Source: Candidatus Helarchaeota archaeon (GTDB lineage: Archaea; Asgardarchaeota; Lokiarchaeia; Helarchaeales; RDOG01). Taken from it: DNA of 64,000 nt. The notes beneath the pieces are model-generated. The model made no database searches and had not been told where the DNA came from. It saw only the letters and a program-made list of their open reading frames with translations. Both the position numbers and the translations under genes were made by a program. Each line of letters starts with the position of its first letter. Position 1 is the stretch's first letter. The stretch is taken from NCBI GenBank assembly GCA_019058315.1, contig JAHPZH010000001.1, forward strand, positions 977,432-1,041,431. Reading direction: 5' to 3'. Below are positions 44,901 through 59,900 of the stretch, piece by piece.

Positions 44901-47900
44901 TCCAGAATCAAATGCCCAAGCTTGAGCACCAGATGCATCATTTGAATCATTATAATATACATATACTGTATCTCCAGCTCCAGCATTCATCCAAATATAA
45001 TCGTTTGTATCATCGCTAGTTGTAATATTAAATTTGAAAGTTCCGATAAATGTACCCGTAGCGGGACCGGTTTCTGTACAAGTCACAAATATACCTGTAG
45101 GATCTTGGGAACTATTCACTAATGCATTAACAGTTTCAGCTATTAAATCATTAGTATTCAAATCATAATCATTAATAGTGATAGTTGCTGTCTCATTTCC
45201 ACTATAAACAAGTTTATTTAATACAATTGTTCCTGTTACAAATGCCCTCCATAATGCAGTATCATAAACAGTTGTTGGATTACCATTAACATCGTGTTCA
45301 TCATCATATTGAACTTGAACAGTTCCTTCTTCTTTTACTTTAATTGTATCAGTGGTGTCATTACTTGCAATTAAACTAAAAGAGAAATTTCCTCTAAATA
45401 CACCAGTATGTGCACCAGTTTCTGTAAGTTCCACGGTTATAGTTCCTGCTCCAGTAGCATCACTAGTTACTGAAATATTTACGTCATCAGCACTGCCAGT
45501 GACATCTAAATCAGAATCAGTGACTGTAACAATTGCTTGTTCGTTTGTTCCATATCGTGTTTTATCTAGCACTATGGTTCCACTATATGTAGCATACCAA
45601 ATAGCTGTATCCGTATGAATAGCAGCAGATCCGGTTTCATCATATTGATCATTATAAGTTACAGTAACTGTATCTCCATCAGATACTAATATCTCATCAG
45701 CAGTATCATTACTTTGAACTTTACTAAAACTAAAATAACCTTCAAAAATCCCACTATTAATTGCTGTTTCTGTAAGGGTTACAGAAATGCCCGTAGTATC
45801 ACTATCACTTTTTACGGAAATTATTACTGTTTCTCTTAAACTGGGGTTCTGATTTAAATCTGCATCGGTTACATTAATTGATGCAATCTCACCTGTAATA
45901 TAAGAAAGCGAATCAAGATAAATAGATCCAGTAAAGGTTTCTATCCAAGTAGCTATGTCTGTTGGTTGTGCAGGTGCTCCAGAAACATCATGAGCGTCAT
46001 AATAAGTAGCTGTAACAGTATCATCATCAGTAACATGAATCCAATCGTCTATATCACTGCTACTTGATGTATTAAAAGTAAATATATTCGTAAATATTCC
46101 AGTGTTGACACCAGTTTCACTAAGTGTAACATTTATACCCGTTCCATCAGTATCACTCTTTACAGTTACGTTAACAATGTCGATACCAGCAGAATTTTCA
46201 TTCAGATCAGCATCTATAACAGTAATTGTGGCAGCTTTAGTCCCATAATATGTACCAGCATTTAGATCTATACTACCAGTAACTGTAGCATCAAAAGTAG
46301 CAGTATCTGTTTTAGTTGCAGACACTCCAGTAACGGTATAAGTATCATTATATCGCACAGTAATTGTTGCCCCCTCTGCAACTTTAATGAGATCCAAAGG
46401 ATCACTGCTAGTTCCAAAGGTAAATTCAAACGTTCCGTTAAAGATGCCTGTATTAAATCCTGTTTCGGTTAATAGAACATCAATCCCAATGGTATCACTT
46501 GTACTCCAGACATCTATCATCACTGTTTGAAGTGTAGCAGGATTTGTATTTAAGTCTGAGTCATTTACCAGAACTATTGCAGTTTCTCCTGTAATATATT
46601 CAACATCATCTAATACAATAGTTCCAGTCACTGTAGCTATCCAGGTAGCTGTATCGGTTGCATATCCAGGTAAGCCAGTTACTTTTTGGGCATCACTATA
46701 AATTGCTTTAATTAAATCGTTATCAAGAGCATGAAGCTTATTATTAGGATCATCATTAATTGTGGTACTAAATGTAAATGAACCTGTAAAGATTCCGGTG
46801 TTAACAGCAGTTTCAGCTAATTGAATATTTATTCCAGTAGAATTAGTAGTACTATTAACAGTTACATTAACATGATCAATACTTCCACTATCGAGGTTTA
46901 GATCTGCATCACTAAGAGTAATTGTAGCAGTAGCTCCTGTTCCATAATAATTTAATTTGTCTAAATCAATAGTACCAGATGCAGTTTCAATCCATGTAGC
47001 TGTATCTGTAGGAGATGCCGGTGCACCTGTAGCTGTTCTTTGATCATCATAACGAACTGTTACAATAGTACCATCTATAGCCCATATTTCATCTTCTCCA
47101 TCATTACTACTAGTAGTACTGAATTTGAATGAACCTAAGAAAATACCAGAACTTGCTCCAGTTTCCGTTAGTATTACTGATATACCTGAGGAATCTTGAG
47201 TACTTGTAACATTGATACTTACAGTATCTAGACCACCAGTAGTGTCCAAATCTGCATCGATAACATTAACTGATGCAGTTGCTAAAGTACCGTAGTAATA
47301 ATCTTCATCCAATTCAACTGTTCCAGTATATGTTTGAATCCAATTAGCTGTATCTGTAGGGCTGGCACTTGCACCAGTCACTGTATATTGATCATCATAT
47401 CTCACTGTTACGACAGCTCCATCATGTATTTTGATTCTATCTTGAAGATCATTACTACTAGATAAACTAAAATAAAAAACACCATCAAAAATACCAGTTG
47501 TACCTCCTGTTTCTTGTAATTGAACACTAATAGAACCAGCCCCTGTAGTTGTACTAGTAACATTAATATTGACAGTGTCAAGACTACCTGTAGTATCAAG
47601 ATCTTTATCATTGACTGTAACAGTGGCCGTAGCCCCAGTTCCATAATAATTAGCTGCATCTAATACTATCGTTCCAGTATATGTCTTAATCCAAGTTGCT
47701 GTAGCTTTAGGTTTTGCAGAACTACCTGATGCAGTCCTCGCATCATTATATATAACCATTATAGTGTTTCCATCTTCCGCCCAGATTTTATCTAAAGGAT
47801 CATTACTTGGTCCGCTTTCTATAAAAGTGAATGTGCCTCTAAAAATTGGAGAATTGAGAGGATCAGCCCCTGTCTCGGTTAGTGTGACAGTAATTCCAGG

Positions 47901-50900
47901 GGAAGGATCTACAGAACTATTTACATTTACAATGACGGTTTCAGTTAATGAAGGATTGGTATTCAAATCCGCATCAGTAACTGTAATAGTAGCTATAGCT
48001 GCAGTTCCATAATATTGAGCTTTATCCAAAACCACTATACCAGTATAAGTTTTGATCCAAGTTGCAGAATCTTTTGGTGTTGCTGATTTTCCTGTGGCTG
48101 TATAAGTATCATTATAAATAACCATAGTGGTATTTCCATCACCAATCCATATTTTATTATTAGGATCATCACTTGGATATGTAAGCTTAAAGGTGAAAGT
48201 TCCATTGAATTCACCAGTTGAAGCTCCTGTCTCAGTTAATTGAACAATTATTCCAACTGGGTCATTTGAGCTATTAACTCTGACATTAACAGTATCCGGC
48301 GAACCCGAGGTGTCAAGATCGTCATCATTTACAATAATTGTTGCTACTGCAGCTGTGCCATAATAGGCTGTTTTATCTAATTCAATTGAACCTGTGTCTG
48401 TCTCGATCCAAGTTGCTGTCCTTTTTGGTTTTCCTGGCTTACCTGTAACTGTTCTTGAATCATTATATATTGCTTTAACTGTATCCCCATCTAATGCTTT
48501 AATAATATCACTAGGATTATCGCTACTAATTGTACTAAATTTAAACGTTCCTTCAAAAACACCCGTATGGACTCCTCCTGCTTCAAATAAACGAACCTCA
48601 ATACCAATATTATCACTCGTGCTGTTAACATCAACATCTACAAAATCAATTCCACCTGTGGTATCTAAATCAGAATCTGTAACGGTAATTTTAGCTACGG
48701 TATCTGTTCCATAATAAGTAGTTGCATTTAGTTGTATTGTCCCAGTTACTCTAGCAATCCAAGTTGCAGAAACTTTTGGTCTTGCTGAAGCTCCTGATAC
48801 AGTATGTGTATCATTATAAATTGCTCTTGTTGTATTTCCATTCATTGCCCAAATGATATCTAATGCATCACTACTTGGAGAGGTTGTTTTAAATGTAAAA
48901 GTGCCTTCGAATATTCCTGAAACACCAGTGGTTTCAGTTAAGCGTACTATTATTCCAGAAGAATCCACTGAACTATTTACATTTACATCGACATAATCTT
49001 GTGATCCTGTAGTATTCAAGTCCAAGTCTGTAACTGTTATTTTTGCGACTGCAGCAGTTCCATAATAGATAGTTGCATTTAGCTGTATTGTCCCAGTTAC
49101 AGTCTCTATCCAAACTGCAGAATCCTTATTTCTAGTCGATGATCCAGAAGCTGTTCGTGAGTCGTTATAGATAGCTCTTACTGTATCCCCATCTTGAGCC
49201 CAAATGATATCACTAGGATCACTACTTCCAGCTGTACTAAAGGTAAAGTTACCTCTAAATGTGCTGGAATTTAGCCCTTCCTCATATAATCTTACAATTA
49301 TACCTGGAGAAGGATCTGATGAACTATTAACATTTATATTTTTAGATTCTTTTAAGGTTGGATTGGTATTTAGGTCTTGATCAACAACTGTAACTATTGC
49401 TAGTGCTCCCGTTCCATAATATGTAGCTTGCTCAATATCAATTGTGCCAGTATAAGTTTTAATCCAAGTTGCAGTAGCAGTTGGACTTGCGGAAGCACCA
49501 CTACTAGTGTGTTCATCATCATATCTTGCATATACTGTATCTTGATCTTGTGCCCAAATAATATTGCTATCATCATCACTACCTGTTTGACTGAAATAGA
49601 ATGTTCCTGTAAAAATACCAGTATGTGTACCAGTTTCAGTGCAAATTACACCAATACCATTTGCATCTGTATCGCTGGTAACGTTAATATTAACTGTATC
49701 AGCTCCACCAGTGGTATCAAGGTCAAGATCTGTCACAGTAATTAATGCACTTGCACTTGTCCCATAATATGAAGTTTTATCAAGTAAAATGGATCCTGTA
49801 ACCGTTGCTTCCCATATGGCTGTATCAGTTCTTGTAGTTGGTGATCCACCTATATCATATTGATCAGTATATCTTACTGTAATAGTATCTCCATCTGTAG
49901 CTTTAATTCTATCCGAAGGATCACTACTTGTTGTTCCAAAGGTAAAATTCCCATAGAATATACCAGAACTAACAGTGGTTTCACGTAATAACACATTAAT
50001 TCCTGCAGGATCGCTTGTGCTCCAGACTTCTATAGAAACAGTTTGTGAAGTGGCATTATTAGTATTTAAATCATGATCTGTTACCGTAACAAAAGCCCTT
50101 GCGGCTGTTCCATAATATATACTAGCATCTAAATTAATAGTACCACTCCAAGTTTTAGTCCAATTAGCTGAAGCCGTTGGGCTTGCAGAGGCTCCTGTTA
50201 TAGTATGTTCATCATTATATTTAACAGTAAAATCTCCACCATTTATTACATAAATATCATCTGTTGCATCATTACTTGCAGTATTATTGAAATATACCAC
50301 CCCAGTAAATATTCCAGAAGATACTGAAGTCTCTGTACATAAAACTTGAATTCCAGTCGGATCTATACTGGAATTGACATAAATTATAACACTCTGTGTG
50401 GAGCCAGAATCTGTATTTAAATCAGAATCTGTAACAGTAATAGTTGCAGAACTTAAACCAAAATAATCATCATCATCTAATTCTACTGTTCCTGTAACAG
50501 TGGCAGTCCATGTTGCAGTATCGGTGGGATTACCTGGTGCACCGGTTGCAGTCCTTGCATCAGTATATCTTGCGGTAATAGTGTCACCATCAACAGCCTT
50601 TATTATATCAAGGGGATCATTGCTGGTTGTGCCGAAAGTAAAATTATCGGTAAATACACTCGTATTTACACCAGTTTCGGTCAATTCAACTTTAATTCCG
50701 GTAGGATCACTTGTACTCCAAACACTAACATTTACTTTTTCAACAACACCTGCTTTTTTATTTAAATCTTGATCAGTAACAGTTATTATTGCCACTGCAC
50801 CTGTACCAAAGTATTCATCCGCATCAAGGATAATTGTTCCTGTATAGGTTTTAATCCACATACCATAATCATTTCTACTTACACTATCACCGTTAATATC

Positions 50901-53900
50901 TTTAGACTCGTCATAAAGAGCCCATACTTCACTTGCATTTGCAACTTTAATAATATCATTTGCATCGTTACTAGCTGCAGTGCTAAAATATAATGTTCCA
51001 GTAAATACCCCTGTATCAAGTCCTGTTTCATTACATTCGACTCCAATACCAATTAAATCCACAGAACTATTTACGTCTATATTTATTGTATCATATTGAT
51101 CATCATGTTGATTCTCATCAAAATCTTCAACCGTAATTGTGGCAATAGCTGATGTGCCATAATAATAAAAAGCATTTAAAAGAATTGAGCCACTTACATA
51201 AGTATACCAAATAGCGGTGTCATTTACATAAGCTGGTAAACCAGTAGCATTATTTGCATCAAAATAACGGGCTATTATGGAACTTCCATTCGTAGCTTCA
51301 ATAATATCGGAATCATCATTACTGCTGGAACCAAAAGTAAACGTTCCTTGGAAGATCCCAGTATTTGGTCCAGTTTCTGTACAAGTTACATTAATACCAC
51401 TTGGATCATCCGTACTCGTAACATTAACTTTAACACTTTCCGCAGCTCCTGGTAATTGATTTAAATCTGGATCAGTTACTGTAAGGTGTGCAGTTCTCCC
51501 ACTGCTATATGTTGCATCGTCTAATACACAAGTTCCGCTTGCAGTTTGAGTCCAAGATGCGGAATCGTTATGGACATCTGCAAGACCAGTATAATTATGA
51601 GCTTCAAAATACCATGCAAAAACAGTATCTCCTAATGAATTGACCCAAATTAAATCATTAGTATCATCACTTGCTGTGATACTAAACGAGAATGTACCAG
51701 TAAATACTCCCGTATTTACACCAGTTTCTGTACAAGTAACATTAATTCCCGTGGAATCTTGAGTGCTATTTACAGTAGCATTAACAGATTGTTTCGAAGT
51801 GGCTGCTGTATTCAAATCAGCGTCCGTAATAGTAATGGTTGCAGTTTCATAGGTTCCGTAAGATGATTGATCCAAATCGAGAGAACCAGTTTCTGTTGCA
51901 TCAAATGTAGCCGTATCAATTGGATTAGCAGAAGTGCCCGTAACTGTATATTCATCATGATAAGTTACAGTTACAGCATCTCCATCTTGAACATAAATAC
52001 GATCTAAAACATCATCACTTGGAGAAGTTAGTTTAAAGGTGAAATTTCCTGTAAATACTCCAGTTGATGCTCCGGTTTCAGTTAGTGTGACATTAATACC
52101 TATTGCATCAGAATCGCTAGTAATTGTAACATTAACTTGATCAGGTGAACCAGAAATATCTAGATCCGAATCTGTAACATTAATAAATGCGGTTTCACCA
52201 GTAATATAATCTTCTTTATCCAGACTAACAGAACCTGTAATAGTCGCATTCCATGTGGCTGTATCTGTGGGAGCATTTGGATAGCCATTATAATCATATT
52301 CATCATCATAGCGGGAAGTAATTATATCACCATCTACCGCTTGAATTGAAGTCCCTGGAACGCTTGCTCCAGAGGTAAATCCAAATATTCCAGTAAATAT
52401 ATGAGTTGTTGCTCCAGTTTCAGTTAGTAATATAAAAATTCCATAACCATCACTTGTACTCGTAACATTAACCGAGACTGTATCTGGACTAGCAGTTGTA
52501 TCTAAATCAAGATCATCCACAGTAATTCTAGCCTTAGCAGCAGTACCAAAATATTCAGTTGCATTTAATTGAATTGTACCAGTATGAGTCTGTTCCCATG
52601 TTGCTGTATCTGTATCATAAATATCTGCACCAGATTCATCATGTTCATCATAATATTGAACTGTAACAGTATCACCATCTGACACTTCTATTATGTCTAA
52701 ATTGTCATTACTAGTAGTTTTACTAAAATTAAGTAACCCTTGAAATATACCAGTGGTTGCCCCAGTTTCAGTTAGCGTAACATTAATACCCGTTGTATCA
52801 GAATCACTAGTAACTGTAACATTAATTTGATCAACACTACTTGAAATATCTAAATCGGTATCATTCAATGTAATAACAGCTGTCTGGTTTGGATAATATA
52901 CATTGTTATCAAAATAAACATCTCCTGTCATTGTCTCAATCCAAATAGCTTGTTTGTATGGATTTGCGCTTTCACCTGTTTCATCATGTACATCTGTATA
53001 ATATGCTCTTATATTTGATCCATTTAGTGCATAAATTAAATCATTCGTATCGTCACTTGGTGAAGTTATTTTAAATCCAAAAGTGCCATTAAATATACCT
53101 GTATTTACTCCTGTCTCAGTAAGGGTTACATTAATCCCCGTACTGTCTTGAGAACTAGTAACTTTTATAATAATATTATCAATACCTGAAGGATTTTCAT
53201 TCTCATCAAAATCATTAACTGTAAAAAGTGCAATAGCAGCAGAACCATAATAAATCGTGTTATTTAATGATAGAACTCCAGTAATTGTTTCAATCCAAGT
53301 CGCAGAATCAGAAGTACTTCCTGGAGGACCAGTTATTGTATGTGCATCATCATATCTGGCAGTAATACTATCATCATCAACTACTTGGATCATATCTGCT
53401 GTATCATTAGAAGTTACATTCACATAAAATGTCCCTGAGAAGATACCAGTGGTAGGTCCAGTTTCGGTTAATTGAACTTGTATACCAGCTCCATCACTGG
53501 AACTTGTGACATTTATAGTAGTTGTATCCGTACCAGAGGTGGTATCTAGATCTGAATCAGTTACTGTTGCAGTAATTTCAGCATCAGTACCAAAGTATTC
53601 TGTTTGATCTAATGCTATTGTTCCAGTAACTGTTTCAACCCATGTAGCAGTATCAGTTGGAGATGCTGAAGCTCCTGTTAAAGTATGTTCATCATCATAA
53701 CGGACTGTGATAGTATCCCCATCTAATGCTTTAATGATATTTGCTGGGTCATTACTACTACCTTTAGTAAAAATAAATGATCCATTAAATATACCTGTGT
53801 TGTCTCCAGTTTCAGTTAATGGAACACTTATTCCAATAGAATCACTATCACTTGTAACATTTACTTCTACAGTATCAGGACTGCCAGTTACATTAAGATC

Positions 53901-56900
53901 TGCATCGACAACAGTAATATAAGCAGTAGCTCCTGTTCCATAATAATAATCCGCGTCTAATTCAATCGTACCAGTAACTGTTGCTATCCATGTAGCTGTA
54001 TCAGTATGATTTGCAGAAGCACCACTTAAAGTATGTTCATCCTCATAACGAACAGTAATGATGTCTTCGTCAGCAACTAATATTTTATCATCAGGATCAC
54101 TGCTTGCAATTGTACTAACAATAAAAGTTCCATTAAATATGCCAGTAGTGGCTCCCGTCTCAGTTAATTGGACGCTAATACCGGTTGAGTCACTTGTACT
54201 AGTAACATAAACGTCCACTGTATCTGCACTACCAGTTGTATCCAAATCTGAATCTGTTACTGTGATAATAGGAATCGCTCCAGTTCCATAGTATGTATCT
54301 ACATCTAAAATTATTGTTCCGGTTACAGTAGCTATCCAAGTAGCACTATCTTTTGGGTTAGCTGAGGAACCCGTAACAGTATATGTATCGTTATATATCA
54401 CCATAACAGTATCGTCATCAGTAACCCAGATTTTATCTAATGCATCATCACTGGGTGCAGTAGTTTTAAATTCAAAATGACCAGTAAATATTCCAGTAGA
54501 CCCACCTGTTTCTGTTAATTGTACTTCTATACTATTTGGATCTGATGTGCTGTTTACTTTAACGTCAACCGTATCAGAACCTCCAGTAGTGTCTAAATCT
54601 TCATCTTCAACAGTGATATAAGCTGTAGCTCCAGATCCATAATAAGTTAATTTATCTAAATCTACCGTACCTGTGTAAGTTTTTATCCAAGTAGCAGTAT
54701 CTTTTGGTTTTGCAGGAGTTCCTTCTGCGGTTCGTGAATCATTATAAATTACCATAGTAGTATTGCCATCTTGAGCCCAAATTTTATCAGCAGGGTCATT
54801 GCTAGGTCCACTTTCTGTAAAAGTAAACTTTCCGGTAAATGTGTTTGTATTTACATCTGTTTCGGTTAATCGAACAATAATACCAGGTTGAGGATCTTTT
54901 GAACTATTTACATTTACATCAATAGTCTCAGCTACACTAGGATTGATATTCAAATCTGCATCAATAACAGTAATTGTTGCTTCTGCAGCGGTTCCATAAT
55001 AAGATGTTGCATCCAATTCAATAGTACCAGTATGAGTCTCGATCCAAGTTGCAGATTTCTTTGGTCTTGCTGAAGCTCCGGTTACGGTATAAGTATCATT
55101 ATATATGGTCCTAACAGTATCATCATCTTGAGCCCAAATAATATCACTAGGATCATTACTACTGCTTGTACTGAAGTAAAAATTCCCTTTAAATATCCCA
55201 GTATTAGAACCAGTTTCAGTTAAACGAACAATAATCCCCTCATTATCGCTTGTACTATTAACATTTACATCAACATAATCAGCTGATCCTGAGGTGTCTA
55301 AATCAGAATCTTCTACTGTAATTTCAGCAACTACATCAGTTCCGTAATAAGTCGTAGCATTTAAATTTATAGTCCCTGTCACCGTAGCTTCCCAAGTAGC
55401 TGAATCTTTAGGTCGTGCTGATGCGCCAGAAGCAGATCGGGTATCATTATAAATAACCATAGTTGTATTTCCATCCTGTGCCCAGATTTCATCACTAGGA
55501 TCATTGCTTCCAGAGGTACTGAACGTAAATGTCCCAGTGAAGGTACTCTGATTTACCCCAGTTTCAGTCAATTCAACAATAATTCCCGAAGCATCTAACG
55601 AGCTATTCACATTTACATCAACAGTTTCTATTACACCTGGATTTGTATTTAAATCAGCATCTGTTACTGTAATAGACGCCATCGCATCTGATCCATAATA
55701 TATACCAGCATCTAAAACAACCGTTCCAGAATAAGTTTTAATCCAAGTTGCAGTATCAGTCGGACTTGCAGAAGCCCCAGAGGCTGTATGTTCATCATCA
55801 TATCTTACAGTTATAGTATCGTCATCTTGAACATATATACGATCTAAAATATCATCACTTGGAGCAGTTAATTTAAAGGTGAAAGTACCCGTGAAGATTC
55901 CAGTTGAACCACCAGTTTCATCTAATTGAACACTAATTCCTGCTCCATCACTGGTGCTCGTAACGTTTACATTTACTGAATCTGTCCCTCCTGTTGTGTC
56001 TAAGTCAGAATCAATTACAGTTATTGTTGCTTCTGCACCAGACCCATAATAAATTGTTGCATCAAGATCAACAGATCCAGTAACAGTTGCTTCCCAAGTA
56101 GCAGTATCAGTGGTAGTAACAGGATTACCATACATATTTTTTGCATCACTATATCTTGCAGAAATAGTATCGCCATCGACAGCCTCTATTCTATCCAAAG
56201 GATCACTTGTTGTAGTGCCAAAAGAAAAATTCCCATAGAAAATCCCAGAATTTACAGTAGTCTCCCATAATAAAACATTAATTCCGCTAGGATAAGGATC
56301 ACTTGTACTCCAGACTTGTATAGAAACAGATTGTTTAGTAGCATCGTTAGTATTTAAATCAGGATCAGTAACATTGACATATGCTCTCGCAGCTGTTCCA
56401 TAATACGTAGCTGCATCCAATTCGATTGTCCCTGTATAAGTTTGAGTCCAATCAGCAGTATCAGAATGGTTTTGTGCTAAACCTGTTACATTATGTTCAT
56501 CATAATAACGTACAGTAACAATATCACCATCAGTTACATTAATTTCATCACCTGGATCATCACTTCCTAAAGTTGTAAAAGTAAATGTTCCAGTAAATAT
56601 TCCAGAATCCACTAAAGTTTCATCACATTGAACTTGAATTCCAGAAGTATCTGTAGTGGAAGTTACATAAATATAAACACTTTGTGTGGTTCCAGGGTCT
56701 GTATTTAAATCAGAATCTGTAACAGTCACAGTGGCAGTGCTCAATCCATAATATTCGAGTTCATCTAATTCGATTGAACCGGTAACAGTAGCTGTCCAGA
56801 TTGCAGTATCTGTAGGTTGAGCAGGTGTTCCTAAAGCAGTTCTTGCATCACTATATCTTGCGGTGATAGTATCATCAGGAGATACTTTAATAATATCATT

Positions 56901-59900
56901 ACTATCATCAGTAGTAGTTGTACTAACTGAGAATGTATTTCTAAACACACTGGTATTAACATTAGTTTCAGTTAATTCTACAGTAATTCCTGTAGGATCA
57001 CTATTACTCCATACACTAATATTAACTGTTTCATTGGCAAAAGCATCTCTATTTAAATCTTGATCCGTAACAGTAACTGTAGCCACTGCACCAGTACCAA
57101 AATATTCAGTTTCATCTAAATCAATTATGCCAGTATATGTTTTTATCCAAATACAATAAACATTTCTATCAACACCAATTCCATTAATATCTTTATCTTC
57201 CTCAAAAAGAACCCATACTTCACTTGCATTAGCAACTTTAATAATATCACTTGTATCACTACTTGCTGCTGTACTAAAATAAAATATTCCAGTAAATATC
57301 CCTGTATCAAGACCAGTTTCATTAACTGTTACTTGTATACCACTGAGATCTTCCGTACTATTTACTTTAACTTCAAATGTATTATAAGATGTGGGGTTTG
57401 TATTTTCATCGAAGTCATTAACAGTAACTGTAGCTGAAGCTGATGTTCCATAATAGTAGAAAGCATTTAATTCAATAGTTCCACTCACGTATTGATACCA
57501 TATTGCTGTATCAATTTTATCTTCAGGTAATCCGGTTGCATTTTTTGCATCATAATAACGAGCTGTTATCACACTACCATTAGTGGCTTCAATAATATCA
57601 GAATCATCATTACTACTGGTACCAAAAGTAAATGTTCCTTGGAAGATTCCAGTATTTGGTCCGGTTTCTGTACAAGTTACATTAATACCACTCGGATCAT
57701 CATCACTCGTAACATTAATTTTAACACTTTCTGAAGCTCCTGGTAACTGATTTAAATCTGGATCAGTTACTGTTATGTGTGCAGTTCTCCCGGTACTATA
57801 AGTTGCATCGTCTAATACACAAGTTCCGCTTGCAGTTTGAGTCCAAGATGCAGAATCGTTATGTACATCTGCAAGACCAGATGCATTATGAGCTTCAAAA
57901 TACCATGCAAAAATAGTATCTCCTGCTGAATTGACCCAAATTAAGTCATTAGGATCATCACTTGCAGTAATATTAAATGAGAATGTACCAGTAAATACTC
58001 CCGTATTTACACCAGTTTCTGTGCAAGTAACATTAATTCCCGTGGAATCTTGGGTGCTATTTACCGTAGCATTTACAGATTGCTTCGAAGTTACTGCAGT
58101 ATTTAAATCAGCGTCTGTAATAGTAATGGTTGCAGTTTCATAAGTTCCATAAGATGCTTGATCTAAATAAAGAGAACCCGTGACTGTTGCATCAAAAGTG
58201 GCTGTATCTATTGGATCTGCGGAATCTCCAGACTCAGTATATTCATCGTGGTAAGTTACAGTGACAGTATCTCCGTCTGATACTTTAATATATTCTAAGT
58301 CTTTACTATCGGTTAAATTGAATTGGAAAGTTCCGATAAATATGCCAGTATTTGCTCCAGTCTCAGTTAATGTTACATAAATACCAGAAGGATATGAAGT
58401 ACTAGTTACTGTAACATTAACTTGATCAAGGCCACCAGTAGTGTCTAAATCCGAATCGGTAACGTTAACAATTGCTGTCTCACCTGTAATATAATAATCT
58501 TTATCTAAGTCAACAGAACCTGTAATCGTTGCATTCCAAGTTGCAGTATCAATGGGAAATGCAGGATTACCATTTACATCATAAGAATCATTATATATTG
58601 CATAGATTATATCACCATCTGCAGCTTCGATTTTTCCTCCTCCAGAAGTTCCCGTTGTAAAGCCAAATGTATTAGTAAATATTCCAGTTGTCGGACCTGT
58701 TTCAGTAAGTATAACATATATTCCCGTACTATCGCTTGTGCTATTTATTTTCACTATTACTGTATCTGGAGTGCCTTTAACATCTAAATCCGAATCTGTT
58801 ACTGTAACAGATGCAATAACATCAGTCCCAAAATATTCAGTCGAATTTAGTTCGATATATCCTGAAACAGTTTGGTACCATGTTGCTGTATCATAATGAT
58901 TTGTAGGGTTTCCAGTAGCAGTATAAACGTCATAGTAATCAACAGTAACTGTATCACCATCCGAGACTAATATTTCATCTAATGGATCGCTGCTGGTTAC
59001 ATTATCGAATGTAAAGGTGCCTATAAATACACCAGTATTAGGACCAGTTTCTGTACATGTTACATTTATTCCAGTTAGATCCGAATCGCTTGTAACAATC
59101 ACATCAACTACATCATTTCCACTTGTGACATCTAAATCAGAATCCGTAACATTAATGGTTGCAGTTTCTCCAGTATAATATATTGTATCATCTAGCACTA
59201 CATCACCCGTAACAGTTGCATTCCAAGTCGCAGAGTCAGTAACATTTGCAAAGAATCCTTGTTGGTTGTGTTCATCGCTGTATGTGGCATTTATTAAATC
59301 ACCATCAGCAGCTTCAATTTTTCCACTGCCACTGGCTCCTGTTGTAAATCCAAAAGTTCCGATAAATATACCTGAATGAAAATCAGTTTCAGTACATTTT
59401 ACAGAGATACCCGAATTGTCGCTATCACTTATTACACTAATATAAACATCATCTGCAAGCCCTGAGGTGTCTAAGTCCATATCAGTAACATTTATTTGTG
59501 CAATAGCACCAGTTCCAAAGTATGCTGTAGCATTTAGAGTTATAGTACCCGTTACAGTTTCTATCCAAGTGGCAGATTTCTTAGGTCTTTTAGGATCTCC
59601 TGCAGAATCATAAGTATCATTGTAAATAGCTCGTACAATATCATTATCTGTTACTTGAATTGAGGTCCCTGGAACGCTTGCTCCAGTAGTAAATCCAAAA
59701 TATCCTTCAAATATACTAGAATTCGCATTCAATTCTGTTAAAGTTATAATAATACCACTATTATCAGATGTACTATTCACATTTACATTAATTGTTTCCT
59801 GAGTTCCCTCATCTTGATTTAAATCTCCATCAGTAACTGTAATTTTAGCACTTGTTCCAGTACCAAAATATTGAGTACTATTTAATGAAATAGACCCCGT

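Noticed and set aside
51198-58184. Diversity-generating retroelement TR/VR pair
   Set aside because: Both copies are in-frame coding repeats, the differences are not adenine-specific, and there is no reverse transcriptase in the window.
51198-58184. Structural disulfides from scattered Cys (CTETG, GTCVLD)
   Set aside because: Cys mostly occurs singly at core Leu/Ile positions. Two Cys in repeats 12 and 30 is suggestive but untestable without a model.
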